Virus record (IMG/VR): IMGVR_UViG_3300027963_000040
DNA length: 64,000 bases
Strand: one strand, 5' to 3'
From: a virus
The notes under the pieces are model-generated. The model searched no databases. It saw only the letters and a list, made by a program, of their open reading frames with translations, and was not told the DNA's origin. Each line of letters begins with the position of its first letter. The first letter of the stretch is position 1. The translations under genes were made by a program, and so were the position numbers. Shown here piece after piece: positions 56,527 to 63,586 of this stretch.

Positions 56527-56622
56527 TGGTACGAGCGATAGGAGCGTATCAGCTGCAACCATAATCTCTGGATGCCTCGTCTTGATCCTGTATAGCTCAA
56601 TGCGACTCCTAACAGCTATACA
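56527..56622 (-). ncRNA. unnamed CCA-ending pseudoknotted RNA
   Basis: TGTATAGCT/AGCTATACA hairpin; loop TAGGAG pairs with CTCCTA; ACGAG/CTCGT followed by ACCA. Confidence 0.5.
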
Positions 56623-56630
56623 AGTTACTT

Positions 56631-56706
56631 TGGTGCCGGTTGGAGGAATCGAACTCCCGACCTTCTCATTACAAGTGAGTTGCTCTACCAACTGAGCTAA
56701 ACCGGC
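56631..56706 (-). tRNA. tRNA-Thr(TGT)
   Basis: Cloverleaf, CCA. Confidence 0.92.
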
Positions 56707-56714
56707 AAACTTTT

Positions 56715-56807
56715 CGGTTTCACTGCACCATCAGCTTTGTAGCACACCCGCTCACGCAACTAAATCGTGCCTTGGTGTCGTCTAACGCAGTCGGACGACC
56801 GAAACCG
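56715..56807 (-). ncRNA. unnamed multi-stem RNA with possible pseudoknot
   Basis: CGGTTTC/GAAACCG closing helix; GTCGTC/GACGAC; loop ACTGC pairs with GCAGT. Confidence 0.5.
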
Positions 56808-56811
56808 GTAA

Positions 56812-56887
56812 TGGTGCTTCCTGATGGTCCCGACCCATCGACCTTTCGGTTATCAACCGAATGCTCTACCAGCTGAGCTAAGGAAGC
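56812..56887 (-). tRNA. tRNA-Ile(GAT), atypical T-loop GTCGGGA
   Basis: Cloverleaf, CCA. Confidence 0.85.
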
Positions 56888-56893
56888 AAAAAA

Positions 56894-56969
56894 TGGCTGG
56901 CTAGGCAGGACTCGAACCTGCGACCCGGTGATTAACAGTCACCTGCTCTACCAACTGAGCTACTAACCA
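56894..56969 (-). tRNA. tRNA-Asn(GTT)
   Basis: Cloverleaf, CCA. Confidence 0.92.
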
Positions 56970-56975
56970 AAAAAC

Positions 56976-57050
56976 TGGAGGACCCTAGTGGAATCGAACC
57001 ACTGTAGCAGGTTTTGCAGACCTGCGCCTAAGCCACTCGACCAAGGATCC
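56976..57050 (-). tRNA. tRNA-Cys(GCA)
   Basis: Cloverleaf, U73, CCA. Confidence 0.88.
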
Positions 57051-57051
57051 G

Positions 57052-57126
57052 TGGTGAGCCGGGAGAATTTCGAAATCTCGACCCAGGGATTAAGAGTCCC
57101 TTGCTCTGCCTCTGAGCTACCAGCCC
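57052..57126 (-). tRNA. tRNA-Lys(CTT)
   Basis: Cloverleaf, CCA; late promoter 57136-57143 just upstream. Confidence 0.87.
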
Positions 57127-57153
57127 ACGGTATCTTATTTATACATCAAATTG

Positions 57154-57408
57154 TCAAACAGCAGAAGAAAGAAACTTACGCAACCTTACGCTTGCGAAGC
57201 GCGGTACACTGTAGTAACGGACGATGGTACCCTTAGAGTTGATACGAGTGTTACGCTCAATCACAACACCATCGTTACGTAGCCGATAGACCATATCGTA
57301 AGGATTAGTCACGCGGAAGCGCGAAGCAATCTGACGAGCGGTCAGCTGGGTGCCTTCGATAAAAGCAGCATGAAGACGATCCAGCTTAGAAACATTCGTA
57401 CTTGTCAT
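57154..57408 (-). CDS. helix-turn-helix protein
   Basis: LTARQIASRF...PYDMVYRLR..G. Confidence 0.65.
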   Translation of the reverse strand: MTSTNVSKLDRLHAAFIEGTQLTARQIASRFRVTNPYDMVYRLRNDGVVIERNTRINSKGTIVRYYSVPRFASVRLRKFLSSAV

Positions 57409-57489
57409 AATCTATTTCCTTTCAGGTTTGCAAACTCATTCAACTCAGTCATTATAGCTTATTTTGCAGAAAAGTCAAGCACTTTTTTT

Positions 57490-57771
57490 TCACCTCACAC
57501 GCCAATTTTTCTTAGTAGATTCGGCAACTTTCACTGCCTCATTTTTATCAAAATTGGCATGGTGTTCCCAAAACTTCATTTTTCGCTCACAAACCACGAA
57601 TTCTTTTTGGGCTTGAAGCTTTTCTACAGTAGTACCATTGTTCAAGAAAAAAGTTAGCATTAGGCTATTAGCATAATGCCGCGCCCAATTAGCGACAGCA
57701 TTTTGCTCATGATAAGGAATAATTGACACGTAAGCACGTTTACCGACGGGATTTTCGTCATAAACTAGCAT
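57490..57771 (-). CDS. conserved hypothetical protein
   Basis: Own promoter; QA.KE...C.RKM.FW..H.NFD. Confidence 0.7.
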   Translation of the reverse strand: MLVYDENPVGKRAYVSIIPYHEQNAVANWARHYANSLMLTFFLNNGTTVEKLQAQKEFVVCERKMKFWEHHANFDKNEAVKVAESTKKNWRVR

Positions 57772-57839
57772 TTCATCGCCCTTTCATCATTACCTTATCA
57801 TCATAGCCTAAAAGCGAAAAAAAGTCAAGAACTTTTTTC

Positions 57840-58025
57840 TCACTTATAAAGGATGTCTACGAGACGACCATCTTCGTCGACGACCCGAATATCGTATCCC
57901 GGATAGCATGCCTTCGCTCCTTCCATCTCGATAAGAATCTTTTGCGGTCCACTAGAAGCACTCAGGGTGGTGCAGGTGCGCCAGCCAGAGTTGTCACGAA
58001 ACTGAACGTAGTAGTCTTGCATCAA
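57840..58025 (-). CDS. hypothetical protein
   Basis: RVVD.DGRLVD motif. Confidence 0.6.
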   Translation of the reverse strand: MMQDYYVQFRDNSGWRTCTTLSASSGPQKILIEMEGAKACYPGYDIRVVDEDGRLVDILYK

Positions 58026-58207
58026 TGATCTCCTTGATTTAGTAGGAACACTTCGAAGTTTTTGAGAAGGTTCAGGATACTTCTACCCTCAACATTGAAG
58101 CCACCATTGTATTCGGGATTTTTTTCTACAAGAGCGATATGAAAACCGTATCGAACCCTAGCGCCGTTGTAGAGAAGATCTTTGTAGTTCGAAAACGTAA
58201 GTTGCAT
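58022..58207 (-). CDS. hypothetical protein
   Basis: AAGGAG RBS. Confidence 0.55.
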   Translation of the reverse strand: MQLTFSNYKDLLYNGARVRYGFHIALVEKNPEYNGGFNVEGRSILNLLKNFEVFLLNQGDH

Positions 58208-58243
58208 CTCAAAACTCCTTCTAAGAAATTGAGAACGAATCAG

Positions 58244-58315
58244 AGGACCGGGTGGGATTTGAACCCACGTTATAGAGATTAAAAGTCTCCTGTTTGGCCA
58301 CTAAACTACCGGTCC
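58244..58315 (-). tRNA. tRNA-Lys(TTT) without CCA; acceptor helix extended by 12 perfect bp (58233-58327)
   Basis: Cloverleaf with CTTTTAA loop inside a 19-bp inverted repeat. Confidence 0.8.
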
Positions 58316-58403
58316 TCTGATTCGTTCAACTCATCATATAGGTAATATACCGTGTTTTCATAAAAAAGTCAAGGAGTTTTTTCATTAACATTTTTTTATT
58401 TTT

Positions 58404-58478
58404 TGGCGAGGGTGGAGAGATTCGAACTCCCACTCCAGGGTTTTGGAGACCCGGCGACTACCGTTATCTTACACCGAC
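58404..58478 (-). tRNA. tRNA-Trp(CCA) with two acceptor-stem mismatches
   Basis: GTCGGTG vs CACCCTC; CTCCAAA loop; CCA. Confidence 0.7.
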
Positions 58479-58507
58479 AAAAAAAGAGGCGGAAACTAGT
58501 CCGCCTC
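58479..58507 (-). terminator. intrinsic terminator of the DUF2828 transcript
   Basis: GAGGCGGA-CTAGTT-TCCGCCTC followed by a T tract. Confidence 0.85.
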
Positions 58508-58519
58508 CGGAGGAACTAT

Positions 58520-59926
58520 TTAGGCATAACGATCGACCATAAGAGTCTTCATCATAACGCCAACCGGAGTCAGGTTCTCCATATCACCAGACAGGACTGC
58601 CTTTAGAATGGATGGGCTGAAACCAGAAACCAGAGCAACTCCCCGTTCGTTAAACTTCACAGGCACATTATCCCTAGCGTTTAGATTCCAGAACACAACG
58701 TTCGGCATCTGGTAACCAGCTTCCTCATACTTGTTACGGATCATCTCAATAGCAGAGTCGTCTTGCTTAACGCAAGCATCGAACTGCATATCAGACATAA
58801 TCAGCAGAGTCTGAGGCATTTCCTCCTGAGGAACCTTACCCTTAAGCGCGACATCAAGAATCTTGTTGAACGCAGCGTGAAGATTGGTGTTCATTCCCCA
58901 CTTAGAGGTTACCATCTGTTGCACCTTCTGTAGGATGTCACCCTTCAGATTAAGCAGCTGAGGAGATTCAGAGAAAGTCAGGAACGTGTCCTTGAACTTA
59001 CCCTTGTTCTTATCAGCACAGTAAAGCCCAAGGCTAACAGCAACGTCCATAGCGGTAGTCTTACTACCACCTATGGCGGTTACCATAGAACCAGACACGT
59101 CAACCAGCGGAAGAACGTTGGCTTCGCCGATATAGTTCGGCAGAGCCTCCCACTGAGCAACTACAACATCGAGCTCCGTGTTATCGAGAGACGGTAATCC
59201 TAAAAGGTAGTTAGAAACTCCCTTCAGCACGTCGTAAGGATAGACAGCGCCAGCGTTAACCTTGACGGTCTTATCACCCTTGACCAGCTTCTCAGCCCAC
59301 TCCTTGTATTTCGGAGTGTTACGATTGAATGCCTTCTTGTAACGAGAAGCTGCAAGAGAAGGAACGTGGGAGAAGTTGATACCATCCCAATCCTTGGCGC
59401 ACATCTGAGTCTCAACAACCTTAGTCCGATTGACAAGAAGCTTACGGTACTGCTTCGGAGACAGCTGTAGAGCAGCGCGCAGCTTTACTGCGACCGGACC
59501 CTTACGTGGCATCCACTTAGCACACAGACCGTTGCCATCGATAAGAGCGGTGGCGATCTTACGAATAATGTACTCCTGGATATCAGCGTCAACTCCATCC
59601 TCAAGAAACACCAGCAGGTCGTCCCAGCGACCCAGTTCTGGAGTCTTGTCAATCAGATGCCGATTCACAGTGTGCTTCATAATCTTACGGAAGATCTCGC
59701 GCTCGCCCGCACCCTCGCGCACGTCGCGCGCCCAGAGAGCGATACGAGTTGCGATTTCTGCATCTTCAACGAAAGCTGCGGTGAACGCAGGAATCGGATC
59801 CTGTCCACGCATAGCTCCGATCTTGAAAAATAGATCGACGCAAGCAGAAGCTGTAGATGCTCGTGTCTTCATACCATTCTCGGTACGAGCTTCCTGGTTG
59901 ATAACTGCATTAGCGAAAGTATTCAT
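58520..59926 (-). CDS. DUF2828 family protein (TROVE/Ro60-like helical domain plus vWA)
   Basis: RDVR.G.GER, GRWDDL, AKWMPR, VPS.A, DVSGSM MIDAS, GMNTN, SDMQFD, VFWNL, VSGFS. Confidence 0.85.
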   Translation of the reverse strand: MNTFANAVINQEARTENGMKTRASTASACVDLFFKIGAMRGQDPIPAFTAAFVEDAEIATRIALWARDVREGAGEREIFRKIMKHTVNRHLIDKTPELGRWDDLLVFLEDGVDADIQEYIIRKIATALIDGNGLCAKWMPRKGPVAVKLRAALQLSPKQYRKLLVNRTKVVETQMCAKDWDGINFSHVPSLAASRYKKAFNRNTPKYKEWAEKLVKGDKTVKVNAGAVYPYDVLKGVSNYLLGLPSLDNTELDVVVAQWEALPNYIGEANVLPLVDVSGSMVTAIGGSKTTAMDVAVSLGLYCADKNKGKFKDTFLTFSESPQLLNLKGDILQKVQQMVTSKWGMNTNLHAAFNKILDVALKGKVPQEEMPQTLLIMSDMQFDACVKQDDSAIEMIRNKYEEAGYQMPNVVFWNLNARDNVPVKFNERGVALVSGFSPSILKAVLSGDMENLTPVGVMMKTLMVDRYA

Positions 59927-59945
59927 TTTATTCTCCATGATGTTA

Positions 59946-60003
59946 CAGGCTGAACTTTTGGCTTTTTCGAAGAGCTTTGTTAGATGCTGAACTCAACCTA
60001 AAA
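59946..60003 (-). ncRNA. ncRNA array unit D
   Basis: TTTTAGGTTGAGTTCAGCA...TCAGCCTG terminal helix. Confidence 0.65.
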
Positions 60004-60007
60004 TAGA

Positions 60008-60127
60008 CAGGATCGTTTTTGCTTTGACGGTTGCTCTACCATTGAGCTACATCAAGTGGTGCTTGATGATGGGATTCGAACCCATAACCAACTGTTTATG
60101 CGAATGATTGCAGAACAGATCCTAAAA
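60008..60127 (-). ncRNA. ncRNA array unit C: YrlA-like RNA with permuted tRNA domain
   Basis: TTTTAGGATCTGTTCTGCA...GATCCTG; inside, T arm, then loop-closed acceptor stem, then D arm. Confidence 0.75.
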
Positions 60128-60131
60128 TAAA

Positions 60132-60256
60132 CAGAGTGGCGCCTACTTCCTTTTTATCCTTGAGAAATCGAAAAACAAGTTGTCAGGTTCGCCGAAGCTT
60201 GCCGACTGTTCCGGAGGCACTTTAGTGCCGAAGGTGTTGCTGTATCCACTCTAAAA
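60132..60256 (-). ncRNA. ncRNA array unit B
   Basis: TTTTAGAGTGGATACAGCA...CCACTCTG; internal multi-branch hairpins. Confidence 0.65.
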
Positions 60257-60261
60257 CTAAT

Positions 60262-60325
60262 CGGGATTGTCTTGACCGCTAAGTCACAATGTTTAGCGAG
60301 GTTGTTTGCTGAATCAATCCCTAAA
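60262..60325 (-). ncRNA. ncRNA array unit A
   Basis: TTTAGGGATTGATTCAGCA...CAATCCCG; internal CGCTAA/TTAGCG hairpin. Confidence 0.65.
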
Positions 60326-60342
60326 CTCAATCTTATATAGTC

Positions 60343-60372
60343 ATCATACCCTAGATTTTCGATTTAGTCAAG
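60343..60372 (-). promoter_or_regulatory. early promoter driving the ncRNA array and DUF2828 gene
   Basis: CTTGAC-N18-TATGAT. Confidence 0.8.
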
Positions 60373-60391
60373 GAGTATTTTTGACTTTTTT

Positions 60392-60468
60392 TGGTACTCC
60401 CTGTCAGATTCGAACTGACAACACACTGAGCTTAAATCAGATGCCTCTTCCAATTGGGCTAAGGGAGC
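60392..60468 (-). tRNA. tRNA-Leu(TAA), short variable loop
   Basis: 77-nt cloverleaf, CCA; overlapped by the 3' end of the HNH ORF. Confidence 0.8.
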
Positions 60469-61087
60469 AATATCTTAACTTGTTGACTCTATCGTAGTTA
60501 CCGCCCTTCGGCGTTAATCCGACGTTCAACAAGACTTGACGAATGGTAAGACCCTTTTCTAGTTCTGTGAGGATTTCTTCGTCGGAAACTTTAATCTTAC
60601 CAGTATTTATGTTTTTGCCTCTATAAAACTTAGTTTTAGCATGACAGTTAGGGCATAACAGTAACAAGTTTTCTTTTACGTTGTTCCTGTTATTTCCGTC
60701 TTTATGTTCTAGTTCCAGCGGAATAGGTTCACATAACCATTCTGTGAGATCACAACTTTCACAACGATGCCCTCGTTCTTTAATAAGAACTTTCTTATGC
60801 GAACCTTTACCGTCATAAGAAAAGTCTGCGTTACTTTTTTCTTTATTCCAACTCATACGAAGTTTTGATTCTTTTGGAAGAGAAGCGTAAATCAATTTAG
60901 CGTTTCTTTTACCAGAAGAATTGGCTTCTTTCAGCCCTCTGCTATTTTTCAGTCTGTTAGCTTCACATTGATTTGATGATTCGGAACAAGATAGTTTCCC
61001 GGACTTGTTCCGATATTTTGCAACAAAACCACATCCGTATGAACATAGTTCTGTCGTTATTACGCTCTCTGAAATCATTTTAGGCAT
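60437..61087 (-). CDS. HNH homing endonuclease
   Basis: CSYGCG N-terminus, CESC, LELEHKDGN..NN...NL.LLCPNCH; own late promoter 61114-61121. Confidence 0.9.
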   Translation of the reverse strand: MPKMISESVITTELCSYGCGFVAKYRNKSGKLSCSESSNQCEANRLKNSRGLKEANSSGKRNAKLIYASLPKESKLRMSWNKEKSNADFSYDGKGSHKKVLIKERGHRCESCDLTEWLCEPIPLELEHKDGNNRNNVKENLLLLCPNCHAKTKFYRGKNINTGKIKVSDEEILTELEKGLTIRQVLLNVGLTPKGGNYDRVNKLRYCSLSPIGRGI

Positions 61088-61134
61088 ACGTCTTGCTCCT
61101 TAACTGCTAGACGTATTTATAATATGCCGACGTT

Positions 61135-61154
61135 TACCGCTGGGCTAAGTGGGC
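61135..61154 (-). pseudogene. 5' tRNA fragment upstream of the HNH gene
   Basis: GCCCACT-TA-GCCC-AGCGGTA = acceptor 5' strand plus start of D arm. Confidence 0.4.
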
Positions 61155-61160
61155 TTATTC

Positions 61161-61388
61161 TTACTTATAGATGTCTACAAGATCAATTCGCTTTTCGGTA
61201 AAAGAAGATGCATAACCACACGCCATCAAAAACTCTTGGAACCTAGCCAAGATATCCGTGACGTTTAGATCAGCACCTCGCATCTCGACATGCACGATAT
61301 CAGTAACTGGCGCACCGGATTCAGTGCCGCTGTTTTCCGAATATAGCTCGAACCTAAAATCTTGCTTAACACCTTGATAAGTTGTCAT
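61161..61388 (-). CDS. hypothetical protein
   Basis: F..FL.ACGY motif. Confidence 0.6.
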   Translation of the reverse strand: MTTYQGVKQDFRFELYSENSGTESGAPVTDIVHVEMRGADLNVTDILARFQEFLMACGYASSFTEKRIDLVDIYK

Positions 61389-61400
61389 GTTCTTTTCCTT

Positions 61401-61547
61401 TCAACGAACAAATAGATATGCATAAAGCACGTAGAACCAACTGAAGATACCGTGTAGGATTGCCCAACCGATGTGGTTATTCTCGTGAAAAGAAATAACC
61501 ATGGCAAGAGCATTACCGAAGCCCAAACCTACATATTCGACTTTCAT
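61401..61547 (-). CDS. 48-aa membrane protein (not in ORF track)
   Basis: FGNALAMVIS...HIGWAILHGIFSWFYVLY. Confidence 0.65.
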   Translation of the reverse strand: MKVEYVGLGFGNALAMVISFHENNHIGWAILHGIFSWFYVLYAYLFVR

Positions 61548-61548
61548 A

Positions 61549-61782
61549 TCACTTATCATTCTCCTCTAGAAAATGCATAATACTACCAAGGGGATAGTTC
61601 GCACCATCCATACTGGCCAATACATCTTCCGCTTCACGCAAAAGAAAACAAGCCGAATTGAACTTCTCCTGAAGCTGATTATAATCAGCCTGAAGCTTTT
61701 GTACACGGGCAACCAACAAATGAAGATTCTTCATTTCAAGATCCGCCAACGCCTCTTCAAATTCGAGCTCAGTCATAATCAC
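61549..61782 (-). CDS. hypothetical coiled-coil protein
   Basis: ORF in operon. Confidence 0.55.
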   Translation of the reverse strand: MIMTELEFEEALADLEMKNLHLLVARVQKLQADYNQLQEKFNSACFLLREAEDVLASMDGANYPLGSIMHFLEENDK

Positions 61783-61925
61783 TTACTCCCGAAATAAGCG
61801 AGGTCAATGAACTCGCAGGTATACTTCCGCTCATTCTGAGAGATGAAGTAAAAAGCTTCGTCCATGTTAGAAAACTTCGTACGCGACACGATCTTGCGAC
61901 CGGACTTCAGAGTGACTTCGAACAT
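61779..61925 (-). CDS. 48-aa hypothetical early protein (not in ORF track)
   Basis: MFEVTLKSGRKIV...; promoter 61953-61982. Confidence 0.55.
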   Translation of the reverse strand: MFEVTLKSGRKIVSRTKFSNMDEAFYFISQNERKYTCEFIDLAYFGSK

Positions 61926-62009
61926 CTTTTTTCCCTTGTTCATCATATTGTCATCATACCCTCATTCCGTAAAAAAGTCAAGGAGTTTTTTTGACTTTTT
62001 TGAGATTTT

Positions 62010-62213
62010 TTATCGAGGCACAACCTCACATTGGAGCTTTGAACCCTGAGGCAGCTGCGTCGGTCCGAAGACGTTGACGATAGTGATTCCTGCAGTGACG
62101 ATAGCCACGAACAGCAGGAATGTTACACTAGACGGCAACCGAATAGCCGACAAGTCAACATGTCCAGAAAATGCCATCAATTCGTTCCTTTCCAATAGGG
62201 TTTGTTGCAGCAA
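62010..62213 (-). CDS. membrane hypothetical protein
   Basis: Hydrophobic segment; start uncertain. Confidence 0.45.
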   Translation of the reverse strand: MLQQTLLERNELMAFSGHVDLSAIRLPSSVTFLLFVAIVTAGITIVNVFGPTQLPQGSKLQCEVVPR

Positions 62214-62401
62214 AGCTGAGATACCTCGTCAAGACTATAGCCAGGGATGGCCAGGCATGCCAAGAATACACACACTTCTTGCGCTACCTCATTAGCTATG
62301 TGACCGTAGTCCCTGGCGCAGTTGGTCATACAGGTTTCGTATGCGGCAAGGACACTTGCCGATGGTAGTCGTAATGCCTTAGCTACACTCATGGGGCGCA
62401 A
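62177..62401 (-). CDS. Cys-rich hypothetical protein
   Basis: ORF in operon. Confidence 0.45.
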   Translation of the reverse strand: MRPMSVAKALRLPSASVLAAYETCMTNCARDYGHIANEVAQEVCVFLACLAIPGYSLDEVSQLCCNKPYWKGTN

Positions 62402-62628
62402 TTCGTTCCTTTCATATGGTTCTTACGAGCGCAAAGAGGGTTCATGCAGGTCTGCTCGCTGGTTGGCGGACAGATGCAACCCATAGGCTGCTGGTGCCTG
62501 ACTCTCCGCCAATCTTGCTCAAGCACCTCACGACGGAGTAGCTTATCAGCAGCCAGACCCAGACAATACGGATTAGAGCAAGTCTGCCCAGGGCGCAGAG
62601 TGCATTTTGAGCATGGCGAATCACTCAT
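62389..62628 (-). CDS. Cys-rich protein with duplicated Cys motif
   Basis: CSKC....GQTCSNPYC and CIC....EQTCMNPLC. Confidence 0.55.
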   Translation of the reverse strand: MSDSPCSKCTLRPGQTCSNPYCLGLAADKLLRREVLEQDWRRVRHQQPMGCICPPTSEQTCMNPLCARKNHMKGTNCAP

Positions 62629-63065
62629 GGCATCACCTCCGGGGCTGCTGGCATTTCGCAGTAAGGGCATGGACCGCCAGCACCCCCATAGCAGCGGTCA
62701 TGCGCATTGACGCAGATCGGCTCCGGCTGCTTCACCTCCAAGGCTGCGTTGATGTTTTTCAATAGATTTTCCATTGCTATCCCGTTGTGCACAATTGCGT
62801 CGAATGTCTCGTCGCTGGCGTTAGTCAACGCCTCCCGCAGTCGCGCGTTCTCGGCGCGATGGCGAACAAGTATATCCCAAGCCTGATCAACCGGCACCAC
62901 CGCCCACCCTGCCGCGCGGATTGCGGCGAGGGCGCGGATAGCGTCAATTTGAAAGTCCAGTCTATCGCAATTTATATTGTCTACGCACCCGGATGGAGAT
63001 GGGCAGCAAAATGCTTTCGCTACCCGATCCATCAGTTCGGCTTCGTCTTTTGCTGGCTCGCTCAT
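62625..63065 (-). CDS. mosaic Cys-rich hypothetical protein
   Basis: A.RA.AA.RAAGW.VVP; C....CYGGAGGPCPYCE. Confidence 0.6.
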   Translation of the reverse strand: MSEPAKDEAELMDRVAKAFCCPSPSGCVDNINCDRLDFQIDAIRALAAIRAAGWAVVPVDQAWDILVRHRAENARLREALTNASDETFDAIVHNGIAMENLLKNINAALEVKQPEPICVNAHDRCYGGAGGPCPYCEMPAAPEVMP

Positions 63066-63295
63066 CGTTCTTCATCCTCTTCAACTTCTGCAAAATGTTC
63101 GTCATACTGATTTAGCATATCAGTAAGATCTTCAAGCAACGCAGGCATTTCGTGAAATGCAAACTTCTCATCACGAGAAGACATGCGCAATGGTTCACCT
63201 TCATCAATGGCTTCACCGATCATCTGCATCAGCTGACGGATCGCCTGAGAAGTGTTCTCAAAAGCGCAGTATGACATGTTAGGATAGTCTCTCAT
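63062..63295 (-). CDS. conserved hypothetical protein
   Basis: PNMSYC.FENT motif. Confidence 0.7.
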   Translation of the reverse strand: MRDYPNMSYCAFENTSQAIRQLMQMIGEAIDEGEPLRMSSRDEKFAFHEMPALLEDLTDMLNQYDEHFAEVEEDEER

Positions 63296-63298
63296 CGT

Positions 63299-63586
63299 TC
63301 ATTCTCCCGTATGATATTGAATGCGAGTATAATCGGTGTTGTAGAACCGATCAGGATAAGGCAGAGGTTCACCACCGTAGTAGTGAACGCCTGGCATATG
63401 TTCGCCTTCCGGCACTTCGGAAATCGTAAGGTAGCGATAACCGCGATAGTTACCGGTCTTATGAAGCACATCCTCGAGAATGGCAATCATGCCCAGCCGA
63501 GTCTTAGGATCGGTCGTCGAAGTCCGGAGTGCCTCGTTAACTGTTTCAACAAGATACTTAACGTCGATCGTCTTACGTTTTGCCAT
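63299..63586 (-). CDS. conserved hypothetical protein
   Basis: LE.VLH.TGNY.GY.YL motif. Confidence 0.7.
   Translation of the reverse strand: MAKRKTIDVKYLVETVNEALRTSTTDPKTRLGMIAILEDVLHKTGNYRGYRYLTISEVPEGEHMPGVHYYGGEPLPYPDRFYNTDYTRIQYHTGE

Noticed and set aside
60029-60095. Ordinary tRNA gene
   Set aside because: The arms are in permuted order on the coding strand and there is no anticodon loop or free CCA end
59946-60325. CRISPR array interpretation of the repeated units
   Set aside because: The repeats are short and degenerate, unit lengths vary from 58 to 125 nt, each unit is self-complementary at its ends, and there is no cas operon
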